Shown here: one piece after another, positions 1 through 13,400 of the stretch
How the letters are laid out: every line of letters starts with the position of its first letter
Position numbering within the stretch: position 1 is the stretch's first letter
DNA from: Nemertoderma westbladi
Taxonomy: Eukaryota; Animalia; Xenacoelomorpha
Length of the DNA stretch: 51,046 nucleotides
Direction of reading: 5' to 3'
Assembly: GCA_032718475.1 (NCBI GenBank)
Contig: JAUCBJ010005666.1
Span: forward strand, 1-51,046
The notes under the pieces: model-generated
Seen by the model: only the letters and a program-made list of their open reading frames with translations
What the model was told of the DNA's origin: nothing
Database searches by the model: none
Translations under genes and position numbers: made by a program

Positions 1-12
1 ACAGTACAGCCA

Positions 13-161
13 TGGATTCGGTTGGTACTGGTTCCTACCACGTGCACAAGGAATAGATTGTAGGGATCATTATTTCCATCTTTGGGCAATCATGTAATCG
101 TCTCCATACCACCCGCGGCATTAACTTTCGATTTGAATTCTGATCTCAAATAATTACTTAA
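13..161 (+). promoter_or_regulatory. Diverged copy of the SLC34 proximal 5' block, with a CACGTG E-box at 39-44
   Basis: Colinear blocks TGGATTCGGTT, ACTGGTT, CACGTGCAC, GATC, CCATCT, GTyTCCATA and TAATTACTTAA are shared with 22124-22262. The regulatory role is inferred. Confidence 0.5.
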
Positions 162-229
162 CTCGATTACAATTACATGATCACCTTCCCATTACTTTGG
201 ACACCTTATCGACACTTTGTAAAAGGCTC

Positions 230-425
230 ACTTGTACATGGTGTGTGGTCTCTGGTACTTGTTCACCTTCCCGGTAATTGGTTAAGCGTAAAGGGCCCGC
301 CCTTGGTACTTATTGCACAGTGATTCCTTGGATAAGGGCTCCCGTTGCTTGGTGAAGGACCGCATGTAGTTGGTCGTTGATGAAGGGAGCAAGTTAATTG
401 GTGCATGGATCCCGTCCAGTGCAGT
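230..425. repeat. Degenerate relic of the 21-bp repeat family
   Basis: AAGGGCTCCCGTTGCTTGGTGAAGGAC (334-360) versus array AAGGGCTCCCGGTATTTGGTGAAGGAC. Also CTTGTACATGGTG at 231, and CCGTCCAGT at 412 as at the array's right end. Confidence 0.6.
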
Positions 426-1425
426 GGTCCAGTCCTTGAAAAGGTGTTGGAAGCTTCTTTATCTTTAGTTCCCAATGAATCCAAACCAAACCATCTTTTT
501 AGCAAGAAACAAAGAAAAACAAACACAAGCCCTGTTTCGAATTTGTTTGATAATGTTTTGAGAATAAACACCTGCCGTAAGTCAGATAATATCTATAGGT
601 ATTCATTCCGCAGGGATAAATAATCTACACAATGAAACAGGTTGCTATAGTGCTATTTATATGGCAGACGGTTTGCAGGTTCCGACTACGTACTGAATAA
701 TTGTGTAGTGATTTGAATTGATTTGGTATCTCATTTAATCAATAACGATCTCTAATTAGTACAATTACGATTCCAAAATAATTTGGTATTAGCTGGTCGC
801 GAGCAATGGTTATCATGAGGTGTATATATCATGCATGGCAAGATAAATTTATGGTGGAAAATGAAAATTGAGCTCAACAGATTCTGGCTGTCTATTATTG
901 GTCTCTTTACATAACTCGATAACACAGCAAGATGTTACAAAATTGGTGATAAATAGTTTACTCACGAGGGATAGATAAGACGTTAAGACTGGAGAGGTCC
1001 CTACCGCAATCAGAATACCCAATTGTTCAACAATTACTCTCTCATATATTATTACCTGATAAGCAATCAAGTGCGGCTTTCAAACAATAAAGTGGTTATC
1101 ATCTAACATAATCGCTCAAGATACCTTGCGGCTCAATGTCTTCATGTGCCTATTATGTTGTGTCATGGAATGGATCTAGGTGCTAAAGACCGTGCTGCAT
1201 TTGTTTGAATTTCTCTACAACGTCGATCATAACTTAATTTCATAAATTTTATATAACAAGCACGCAAACAAACAATGTTTGTGGTACAATGGAAACCTGT
1301 TCCGAATCCAGATGTCATGGAGGAAAGGGTTGAGAAACAGGGTGGGTCTCAACATCAAAAAGAAACATCAAAATGACCATCCATCAATCCATCCAACATC
1401 CAGTTGCTTAACAGACAACACAATA

Positions 1426-4400
1426 CCGGGTACTTGGTGAAGGATTTCCTGTACATGGTGAAGGGCTCCCGGTATTTGGTGAAGGACTTCCGGTACATTG
1501 TGAAGGGCTCCCGGTATTTGGTGAAGGACTTCCTGTACATGGTGGAGGGCTCCCGGTATTTGGTGAAGGACTTCCTGTACATGGTGAAGGGCTCCCGGTA
1601 TTTGGTGAAGGATTTCCTGTACATAATGAAGGGCTCCCGGTATTTGGTGAAGGACTTCCTGTACATGGTGAAAAACTTCCTGTACATGGTGAAGGGCTCC
1701 CGGTATTTGGTGAAGGATTTCATGTACATTGTGAAGGGCTGCCGGTGCATGGTGAAGGACTTCCTGTACATGGTGAAGGGCTTCCGGTATTTGGTGAAGG
1801 ACTTCCTGTACATGGTGAAGGGCTCCCGGTATTTGGTGAAGAGCTTCCGGTATATTGTGAAGGGCTCCCGGTATATTGTGAAGGGCTCCCGGTATTTGGT
1901 GAAGGACTTCCTGTACATGGTGAAGGGCTTCCGGTATTTGGTGAAGGACTTCCTGTACATGGTGAAGGGCTCCCGGTATTTGGTGAAGGACTTCCTGTAC
2001 ATGGTGAAGGGCTCCCGGTATTTGGTGAAGGACTTCCTGTACATGGTGAAGGGCTCCCGGTATTTGGTGAAGGACTTCCTGTACATGGTGAACGGCTCCC
2101 GGTATTTGGTGAAGGATTTCCTGTACATGGTGAAGGGCTGCCGGTGCATGGTCAAGGACTTCCTGTACATGGTGAAGGGCTCCCGGTATTTGGTGAAGGA
2201 CTTCCTGTACATGGTGAAGGGCTCCCGGTATTTGGTGAAGGACTTCCTGTACATGGTGAAGGGCTCCCGGTATTTGGTGAAGGACTTCCTGTACATGGTG
2301 AAGGGCTCCCGGTATTTGGTGAAGGACTTCCTGTACATGGTGAACGGCTCCCGGTATTTGGTGAAGGATTTCCTGTACATGGTGAAGGGCTTCCGGTATT
2401 TGGTGAAGGACTTCCTGTACATGGTGAAGGGCTCCCGGTATTTGGTGAAGGATTTCATGTACATTGTGAAGGGCTGCCGGTGCATGGTGAAGGGCTTCCT
2501 GTACATGGTGAAAGGCTTCCGGTATTTGGTGAAGGACTTCCTGTACATGGTGAAGGGCTCCCGGTATTTGGTGAAGGATTTCATGTACATTGTGAAGGGC
2601 TGCCGGTGCATGGTCAAGGACTTCCTGTACATGGTGAAGGGCTCCCGCTATTTGGTGAAGGACTTCCTGTACATGGTGAAGGGCTCCCGGTATTTGGTGA
2701 AGGACTTCCTGTACATGGTGAAGGGCTCCCGCTATTTGGTGAAGGACTTCCTGTACATGGTGAAGGGCTCCCGCTATTTGGTGAAGGACTTCCTGTACAT
2801 GGTGAAGGGCTTCCGGTATTTGGTGAAGGACTTCCTGTACATGGTGAAGGGCTCCCGGTATTTGGTGAAGGACTTCCGGTACATTGTGAAGGGCTCCCGG
2901 TATTTGGTGAAGGATTTCCGGTACATTGTGAAGGGCTCCCGGTATTTGGTGAAGGGCTCCCGGTATTTGGTGAAGGATTTCCTGTACATTGTGAAGGGCT
3001 CCCGGTATTTGGTGAAGGACTTCCTGTACATGGTGAACGGCTCCCGGTATTTGGTGAAGGACTTCCGGTACATTGTGAAGGGCTCCCGGTATTTGGTGAA
3101 GGACTTCCTGTACATGGTGAAGGGCTCCCGGTATTTGGTGAAGGACTTCCTGTACATGGTGAACGGCTCCCGGTATTTGGTGAAGGACTTCCTGTATATG
3201 GTGAAGGGCTCCCGGTATTTGGTGAAGGACTTCCTGTACATGGTGAACGGCTCCCGGTATTTGGTGAAGGACTTCCTGTACATGGTGAACGGCTCCCGGT
3301 ATTTGTTGAAGGACTTCCGGTACATTGTGAAGGGCTCCCGGTATTTGGTGAAGGACTTCTTGTTTACATGGTGAAGGGCTCCCGCTATTTGGTGAAGGAC
3401 TTCCTGTACATGGTGGAGGGCTCCCGGTATTTGTTGAAGGACTTCCTGTACATTGTGAAGGGCTCCCGGTATTTGATGAAGGACTTCCTGTACATGGTGA
3501 ACGGCTCCCGGTATTTGATGAAGGACTTCCTGTACATGGTGAACGGCTCCCGGTATTTGGTGAAGGACTTCCGGTACATTGTGAAGGGCTCCCGGTATTT
3601 GGTGAAGGATTTCCGGTACATTGTGAAGGGCTTCCGGTATTTGGTGAAGGACTTCCTGTACATTGTGAAGGGCTCCCGGTATTTGATGAAGGACTTCCTG
3701 TACATGGTGAACGGCTCCCTGTATTTGGTGAAGGATTTCCTGTACATTGTGAACGGCTCACGGTATTTGGTGAAGGACTTCCTGTACATGGTGAAGGGCT
3801 TCCGGTATTTGGTGAAGGACTTCCTGTACATGGTGAAGGGCTCCCGGTATTTGGTGAAGAGCTTCCGGTATATTGTGAAGGGCTCCCGGTATTTGGTGAA
3901 GGACTTCCTGTACATGGTGAACGGCTCCCGGTATTTGGTGAAGGATTTCCTGTACATGGTGAACGGCTCCCGGTATTTGATGAAGGACTTCCTGTACATG
4001 GTGAACGGCTCCCGGTATTTGGTGAAGGACTTCCTGTACATGGTGAAGGGCTCCCGGTATTTGGTGAAGGACTTCCGGTACATTGTGAAGGGCTCCCGGT
4101 ATTTGGTGAAGGATTTCCGGTACATGGTGAAGGGCTCCCGGTATTTGGTGATGGACTTCCTGTACATGGTGAAGGGCTGCCGGTGCATGGTGAAGGACTT
4201 CCTGTACATGGTGAAGGGCTCCTGCTATTTGGTGAAGGACTTCCTGTACATTGTGAAGGGCTCCCGGTATTTGATGAAGGACTTCCTGTACATTGTGAAG
4301 GGCTTCCGGTATTTGGTGAAGGATTTCCTGTACATTGTGAAGGGCTTCCGGTATTTGGTGAAGGACTTCCTGTACATGGTGAAGGGCTCCCGGTATTTGG

Positions 4401-7400
4401 TGAAGGACTTCCTGTACATGGTGAACGGCTCCCGGTATTTGGTGAAGGATTTCCTGTACATGGTGAAGGGCTCCCGGTATTTGGTGAAGGACTTCCGGTA
4501 CATTGTGAAGGGCTCCCGGTATTTGGTGAAGGACTTCCTGTACATGGTGAAGGGCTCCCGGTATTTGGTGAAGGACTTCCTGTACATGGTGAACGGCTCC
4601 CGGTATTTGGTGAAGGATTTCCTGTACATGGTGAAGGGCTCCCGGTATTTGGTGAAGGACTTCCTGTACATGGTGAAGGGCTCCCGGTATTTGGTGAAGG
4701 ATTTCCTGTACATTGTGAAGGGCTCCCGGTATTTGGTGAAGGACTTCCTGTACATTGTGAAGGGCTCCCGGTATTTGGTGAAGGACTTCCTGTACATGGT
4801 GAACGGCTCCCGGTATTTGGTGAAGGATTTCCTGTACATGGTGAAGGGCTCCCGGTATTTGGTGAAGGACTTCCGGTACATTGTGAAGGGCTCCCGGTAT
4901 TTGGTGAAGGACTTCCTGTACATGGTGAACGGCTCCCGGTATTTGGTGAAGGATTTCCTGTACATGGTGAAGGGCTCCCGGTATTTGGTGAAGGACTTCC
5001 GGTACATTGTGAAGGGCTCCCGGTATTTGGTGAAGGACTTCCGGTACATTGTGAAGGGCTTCCGGTATTTGGTGAAGGGCTCCCGGTATTTGGTGAAGGA
5101 CTTCCTGTACATGGTGAAGGGCTCCCGCTATTTGTTGAAGGACTTCCTGTACATGGTGAAGGGCTCCCGGTATTTGGTGAAGGACTTCCTGTACATGGTG
5201 AACGGCTCCCGGTATTTGGTGAAGGATTTCCTGTACATGGTGAAGGGCTCCCGGTATTTGGTGAAGGACTTCCGGTACATTGTGAAGGGCTTCCGGTATT
5301 TGGTGAAGGACTTCTTGTACATGGTGAACGGCTTCCGGTATTTGGTGAAGGACTTCCTGTACATGGTGAAGGGCTCCCGGTATTTGGTGAAGGACTTCCG
5401 GTACATTGTGAAGGGCTCCCGGTATTTGGTGAAGGATTTCCGGTACATTGTGAAGGGCTTCCGGTATTTGGTGAAGAACTTCCGGTACATTGTGAAGGGC
5501 TTCCGGTATTTGGTGAAGGACTTCTTGTACATGGTGAACGGCTTCCGGTATTTGGTGAAGGACTTCCTGTACATGGTGAAGGGCTCCCGGTATTTGGTGA
5601 AGGACTTCCGGTACATTGTGAAGGGCGCCCGGTATTTGGTGAAGGATTTCCTGTACATGGTGAAGGGCTTCCGGTATTTGGTGAAGGACTTCCTGTACAT
5701 GGTGAAGGGCTCCCGCTATTTGGTGAAGGACTTCCGGTACATTGTGAAGGGCTTCCGGTATTTGGTGAAGGACTTCCGGTACATTGTGAAGGGCTTCCGG
5801 TATTTGGTGAAGGACTTCTTGTACATGGGGAACGGCTTCCGGTATTTGGTGAAGGACTTCCTGTACATGGTGAAGGGCTCCCGGTATTTGGTGAAGGACT
5901 TCCGGTACATTGTGAAGGGCTCCCGGTATTTGGTGAAGGATTTCCTGTACATGGTGAAGGGCTTCCGGTATTTGGTGAAGGACTTCCTGTACATGGTGAA
6001 GGGCTCCCGCTATTTGGTGAAGGACTTCCTGTACATGGTGAAGGGCTCCCGGTATTTGATGAAGGACTTCCTGTACATTGTGAAGGGCTCCCGGTATTTG
6101 GTGAAGGACTTCCTGTACATGGTGAAGGGCTCCCGCTATTTGGTGAAGGACTTCCTGTACATGGTGAAGGGCTCCCGGTATTTTGTGAAGGACTTCCTGT
6201 ACATGGTGAAGGGCTCCCGGTATTTGGTGAAGGATTTCCTGTACATGGTGAAGGGCTTCCGGTATTTGGTGAAGGACTTCCTGTACATGGTGAAGGGTTC
6301 CCGGTATTTGGTGAAGAGCTTCCGGTATATTGTGAAGGGCTCCCGGTATTTGGTGAAGGACTTCCTGTACATGGTGAACGGCTCCCGGTATTTGGTGAAG
6401 GATTTCCTGTACATGGTGAAGGGCTCCCGGTATTTGGTGAAGGACTTCCGGTACATTGTGAAGGGCTCCCGGTATTTGGTGAAGGACTTCCGGTACATTG
6501 TGAAGGGCTTCCGGTATTTGGTGAAGAGCTCCCGGTATTTGGTGAAGGACTTCCTGTACATGGTGAAGGGCTCCCGCTATTTGGTGAAGGACTTCCTGTA
6601 CATGGTGAAGGGCTCCCGGTATTTGGTGAAGGACTTCCTGTACATGGTGAAGGGCTCCCGGTATTTGGTGAAGAGCTTCCGGTATATTGTGAAGGGCTCC
6701 CGGTATTTGGTGAAGGACTTCCTGTACATGGTGAAAAACTTCCTGTACATGGAGAAGGGCTCCCGGTATTTGGTGAAGGATTTCATGTACATTGTGAAGG
6801 GCTTCCGGTATTTGGTGAAGGACTTCCTGTACATTGTGAAGGGCTCCCGGTATTTGGTGAAGGACTTCCTGTACATGGTGAAGGGCTCCCGGTATTTGGT
6901 GAAGGACTTCCTGTACATGGTGAAAAACTTGCTGTACATGGTGAAGGGCTCCCGGTATTTGGTGAAGGATTTCATGTACATGGTGAAGGGCTTCCGGTAT
7001 TTGGTGAAGGACTTCCTGTACATGGTGAACGGCTCCCGGTATTTGTTGAAGGACTTCCTGTATATGGTGAAGGGTTCCCGCTATTTGGTGAAGGACTTCC
7101 TGTACATGGTGGAGGGCTCCCGGTATTTGGTGAAGGACTTCCTGTGCATGGTGAAGGGCTCCCGGTATTTGGTGAAGGATTTCCTGTACATGGTGAAGGG
7201 CTTCCGGTATTTGGTGAAGGGCTCCCGGTATTTGGTGAATGATTTCCTGTACATGGTGAAGGGCTTCCGGTATTTGGTGAAGGGCTCCCGGTATTTGTTG
7301 AAGGACTTCCTGTATATGGTGAAGGGTTCCCGCTATTTGGTGAAGAACTTCCTGTACATGGTGAAGGGCTCCCGATATTTGGTGAAGGACTTCCTGTACA

Positions 7401-10400
7401 TGGTGAAGGGCTCCCGGTATTTGGTGAAGGATTTCCGGTACATTGTGAAGGGCTCCCGGTATTTGGTGAAGGATTTCATGTACATTGTGAAGGGCTGCCG
7501 GTGCATGGTGAAGGGCTTCCTGTACATGGTGAAAGGCTTCCGGTATTTGGTGAAGGACTTCCTGTACATGGTGAAGGGCTCCCGGTATTTGGTGAAGGAT
7601 TTCATGTACATTGTGAAGGGCTGCCGGTGCATGGTCAAGGACTTCCTGTACATGGTGAAGGGCTCCCGCTATTTGGTGAAGGACTTCCTGTACATGGTGA
7701 AGGGCTCCCGGTATTTGGTGAAGGACTTCCTGTACATGGTGAAGGGCTCCCGCTATTTGGTGAAGGCCTTCCTGTACATGGTGAAGGGCTCCCGCTATTT
7801 GGTGAAGGACTTCCTGTACATGGTGAAGGGCTTCCGGTATTTGGTGAAGGACTTCCTGTACATGGTGAAGGGCTCCCGGTATTTGGTGAAGGACTTCCGG
7901 TACATTGTGAAGGGCTCCCGGTATTTGGTGAAGGATTTCCGGTACATTGTGAAGGGCTCCCGGTATTTGGTGAAGGGCTCCCGGTATTTGGTGAAGGATT
8001 TCCTGTACATTGTGAAGGGCTCCCGGTATTTGGTGAAGGACTTCCTGTACATGGTGAACGGCTCCCGGTATTTGGTGAAGGACTTCCGGTACATTGTGAA
8101 GGGCTCCCGGTATTTGGTGAAGGACTTCCTGTACATGGTGAAGGGCTCCCGGTATTTGGTGAAGGACTTCCTGTACATGGTGAACGGCTCCCGGTATTTG
8201 GTGAAGGACTTCCTGTATATGGTGAAGGGCTCCCGGTATTTGGTGAAGGACTTCCTGTACATGGTGAACGGCTCCCGGTATTTGGTGAAGGACTTCCTGT
8301 ACATGGTGACCGGCTCCCGGTATTTGGTGAAGGACTTCCGGTACATTGTGAAGGGCTCCCGGTATTTGGTGAAGGACTTCTTGTTTACATGGTGAAGGGC
8401 TCCCGCTATTTGGTGAAGGACTTCCTGTACATGGTGGAGGGCTCCCGGTATTTGTTGAAGGACTTCCTGTACATTGTGAAGGGCTCCCGGTATTTGATGA
8501 AGGACTTCCTGTACATGGTGAACGGCTCCCGGTATTTGATGAAGGACTTCCTGTACATGGTGAACGGCTCCCGGTATTTGGTGAAGGACTTCCGGTACAT
8601 TGTGAAGGGCTCCCGGTATTTGGTGAAGGATTTCCGGTACATTGTGAAGGGCTTCCGGTATTTGGTGAAGGACTTCCTGTACATTGTGAAGGGCTCCCGG
8701 TATTTGATGAAGGACTTCCTGTACATGGTGAACGGCTCCCTGTATTTGGTGAAGGATTTCCTGTACATTGTGAACGGCTCCCGGTATTTGGTGAAGGACT
8801 TCCTGTACATGGTGAAGGGCTTCCGGTATTTGGTGAAGGACTTCCTGTACATGGTGAAGGGCTCCCGGTATTTGGTGAAGAGCTTCCGGTATATTGTGAA
8901 GGGCTCCCGGTATTTGGTGAAGGACTTCCTGTACATGGTGAACGGCTCCCGGTATTTGGTGAAGGATTTCCTGTACATGGTGAACGGCTCCCGGTATTTG
9001 ATGAAGGACTTCCTGTACATGGTGAACGGCTCCCGGTATTTGGTGAAGGACTTCCTGTACATGGTGAAGGGCTCCCGGTATTTGGTGAAGGACTTCCGGT
9101 ACATTGTGAAGGGCTCCCGGTATTTGGTGAAGGATTTCCGGTACATGGTGAAGGGCTCCCGGTATTTGGTGATGGACTTCCTGTACATGGTGAAGGGCTG
9201 CCGGTGCATGGTGAAGGACTTCCTGTACATGGTGAAGGGCTCCTGCTATTTGGTGAAGGACTTCCTGTACATTGTGAAGGGCTCCCGGTATTTGATGAAG
9301 GACTTCCTGTACATTGTGAAGGGCTTCCGGTATTTGGTGAAGGATTTCCTGTACATTGTGAAGGGCTTCCGGTATTTGGTGAAGGACTTCCTGTACATGG
9401 TGAAGGGCTCCCGGTATTTGGTGAAGGACTTCCTGTACATGGTGAACGGCTCCCGGTATTTGGTGAAGGATTTCCTGTACATGGTGAAGGGCTCCCGGTA
9501 TTTGGTGAAGGACTTCCGGTACATTGTGAAGGGCTCCCGGTATTTGGTGAAGGACTTCCTGTACATGGTGAAGGGCTCCCGGTATTTGGTGAAGGACTTC
9601 CTGTACATGGTGAACGGCTCCCGGTATTTGGTGAAGGATTTCCTGTACATGGTGAAGGGCTCCCGGTATTTGGTGAAGGACTTCCTGTACATGGTGAAGG
9701 GCTCCCGGTATTTGGTGAAGGATTTCCTGTACATTGTGAAGGGCTCCCGGTATTTGGTGAAGGACTTCCTGTACATTGTGAAGGGCTCCCGGTATTTGGT
9801 GAAGGACTTCCTGTACATGGTGAACGGCTCCCGGTATTTGGTGAAGGATTTCCTGTACATGGTGAAGGGCTCCCGGTATTTGGTGAAGGACTTCCGGTAC
9901 ATTGTGAAGGGCTCCCGGTATTTGGTGAAGGACTTCCTGTACATGGTGAACGGCTCCCGGTATTTGGTGAAGGATTTCCTGTACATGGTGAAGGGCTCCC
10001 GGTATTTGGTGAAGGACTTCCGGTACATTGTGAAGGGCTCCCGGTATTTGGTGAAGGACTTCCGGTACATTGTGAAGGGCTTCCGGTATTTGGTGAAGGG
10101 CTCCCGGTATTTGGTGAAGGACTTCCTGTACATGGTGAAGGGCTCCCGCTATTTGGTGAAGGACTTCCTGTACATGGTGAAGGGCTCCCGGTATTTGGTG
10201 AAGGACTTCCTGTACATGGTGAACGGCTCCCGGTATTTGGTGAAGGATTTCCTGTACATGGTGAAGGGCTCCCGGTATTTGGTGAAGGACTTCCGGTACA
10301 TTGTGAAGGGCTTCCGGTATTTGGTGAAGGACTTCTTGTACATGGTGAACGGCTTCCGGTATTTGGTGAAGGACTTCCTGTACATGGTGAAGGGCTCCCG

Positions 10401-13400
10401 GTATTTGGTGAAGGACTTCCGGTACATTGTGAAGGGCTCCCGGTATTTGGTGAAGGATTTCCGGTACATTGTGAAGGGCTTCCGGTATTTGGTGAAGAAC
10501 TTCCGGTACATTGTGAAGGGCTTCCGGTATTTGGTGAAGGACTTCTTGTACATGGTGAACGGCTTCCGGTATTTGGTGAAGGACTTCCTGTACATGGTGA
10601 AGGGCTCCCGGTATTTGGTGAAGGACTTCCGGTACATTGTGAAGGGCGCCCGGTATTTGGTGAAGGATTTCCTGTACATGGTGAAGGGCTTCCGGTATTT
10701 GGTGAAGGACTTCCTGTACATGGTGAAGGGCTCCCGCTATTTGGTGAAGGACTTCCGGTACATTGTGAAGGGCTTCCGGTATTTGGTGAAGGACTTCCGG
10801 TACATTGTGAAGGGCTTCCGGTATTTGGTGAAGGACTTCTTGTACATGGGGAACGGCTTCCGGTATTTGGTGAAGGACTTCCTGTACATGGTGAAGGGCT
10901 CCCGGTATTTGGTGAAGGACTTCCGGTACATTGTGAAGGGCTCCCGGTATTTGGTGAAGGATTTCCTGTACATGGTGAAGGGCTTCCGGTATTTGGTGAA
11001 GGACTTCCTGTACATGGTGAAGGGCTCCCGCTATTTGGTGAAGGACTTCCTGTACATGGTGAAGGGCTCCCGGTATTTGATGAAGGACTTCCTGTACATT
11101 GTGAAGGGCTCCCGGTATTTGGTGAAGGACTTCCTGTACATGGTGAAGGGCTCCCGCTATTTGGTGAAGGACTTCCTGTACATGGTGAAGGGCTCCCGGT
11201 ATTTTGTGAAGGACTTCCTGTACATGGTGAAGGGCTCCCGGTATTTGGTGAAGGATTTCCTGTACATGGTGAAGGGCTTCCGGTATTTGGTGAAGGACTT
11301 CCTGTACATGGTGAAGGGTTCCCGGTATTTGGTGAAGAGCTTCCGGTATATTGTGAAGGGCTCCCGGTATTTGGTGAAGGACTTCCTGTACATGGTGAAC
11401 GGCTCCCGGTATTTGGTGAAGGATTTCCTGTACATGGTGAAGGGCTCCCGGTATTTGGTGAAGGACTTCCGGTACATTGTGAAGGGCTCCCGGTATTTGG
11501 TGAAGGACTTCCGGTACATTGTGAAGGGCTTCCGGTATTTGGTGAAGGGCTCCCGGTATTTGGTGAAGGACTTCCTGTACATGGTGAAGGGCTCCCGCTA
11601 TTTGGTGAAGGACTTCCTGTACATGGTGAAGGGCTCCCGGTATTTGGTGAAGGACTTCCTGTACATGGTGAAGGGCTCCCGGTATTTGGTGAAGAGCTTC
11701 CGGTATATTGTGAAGGGCTCCCGGTATTTGGTGAAGGACTTCCTGTACATGGTGAAAAACTTCCTGTACATGGAGAAGGGCTCCCGGTATTTGGTGAAGG
11801 ATTTCATGTACATTGTGAAGGGCTTCCGGTATTTGGTGAAGGACTTCCTGTACATTGTGAAGGGCTCCCGGTATTTGGTGAAGGACTTCCTGTACATGGT
11901 GAAGGGCTCCCGGTATTTGGTGAAGGACTTCCTGTACATGGTGAAAAACTTGCTGTACATGGTGAAGGGCTCCCGGTATTTGGTGAAGGATTTCATGTAC
12001 ATGGTGAAGGGCTTCCGGTATTTGGTGAAGGACTTCCTGTACATGGTGAACGGCTCTCGGTATTTGTTGAAGGACTTCCTGTATATGGTGAAGGGTTCCC
12101 GCTATTTGGTGAAGGACTTCCTGTACATGGTGAAGGGCTCCCGGTATTTGGTGAAGGACTTCCTGTGCATGGTGAAGGGCTCCCGGTATTTGGTGAAGGA
12201 TTTCCTGTACATGGTGAAGGGCTTCCGGTATTTGGTGAAGGGCTCCCGGTATTTGGTGAATGATTTCCTGTACATGGTGAAGGGCTTCCGGTATTTGGTG
12301 AAGGGCTCCCGGTATTTGTTGAAGGACTTCCTGTATATGGTGAAGGGATCCCGCTATTTGGTGAAGAACTTCCTGTACATGGTGAAGGGCTCCCGATATT
12401 TGGTGAAGGACTTCCTGTACATGGTGAAGGGCTCCCGGTATTTGGTGAAGGATTTCCGGTACATTGTGAAGGGCTCCCGGTATTTGGTGATGGACTTCCT
12501 GTACATGGTGAAGGGCTTCCGGTATTTGGTGAAGGACTTCCTGTACATTGTGAAGGGCTCCCGGTATTTGGTGAAGGATTTCCGGTACATTGTGAAGGGC
12601 TCCCGGTATTTGGTGATGGACTTCCTGTACATGGTGAAGGGCTCCCGCTATTTGGTGAAGGACTTCCTGTACATGGTGAAGGGCTCCCGGTATTTGGTGA
12701 AGGACTTCCTGTACATGGTGAAGGGCTCCCGGTATTTGGTGAAGGACTTCCTTTACATGGTGAAGGGCTCCCGGTATTTGGTGAAGGACTTCCTGTACAT
12801 GGTGAAGGGCTCCCGGTATTTGGTGAAGGACTTCCTGTACATGGTGAAGGGCTCCCGGTATTTGGTGAAGGACTTCCTGTACATGGTGAAGGGCTCCCGG
12901 TATTTGGTGAAGGACTTCCTGTACATGGTGAAGGGCTCCCGGTATTTGGTGAAGGGCTTCCTGTACATGGTGAAGGGCTGCCGGTCGGTGCATGGTGAAG
13001 GACTTCCTGTACATGGTGAAGGGCTCCCGCTATTTGGTGAAGGACTTCCTGTACATGGTGAAGGGCTCCCGGTATTTGGTGAAGGACTTCCTGTACATGG
13101 TGAAGGGCTCCCGGTATTTGGTGAAGGACTTCCTGTACATGGTGAAGGGCTCCCGGTATTTGGTGAAGGACTTCCTGTACATGGTGAAGGGCTTCCGGTA
13201 TTTGGTGAAGGGCTCCCGGTATTTGTTGAAGGACTTCCTGTATATGGTGAAGGGTTCCCGCTATTTGGTGAAGAACTTCCTGTACATGGTGAAGGGCTCC
13301 CGATATTTGGTGAAGGACTTCCTGTACATGGTGAAGGGCTCCCGGTATTTGGTGAAGGATTTCCGGTACATTGTGAAGGGCTCCCGGTATTTGGTGATGG

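Noticed and set aside
263-1070. Short ORFs at 263-571, 405-623 and 849-1070
   Set aside because: No recognisable protein motifs or exon structure; the 263-571 ORF partly reflects the repeat relic.
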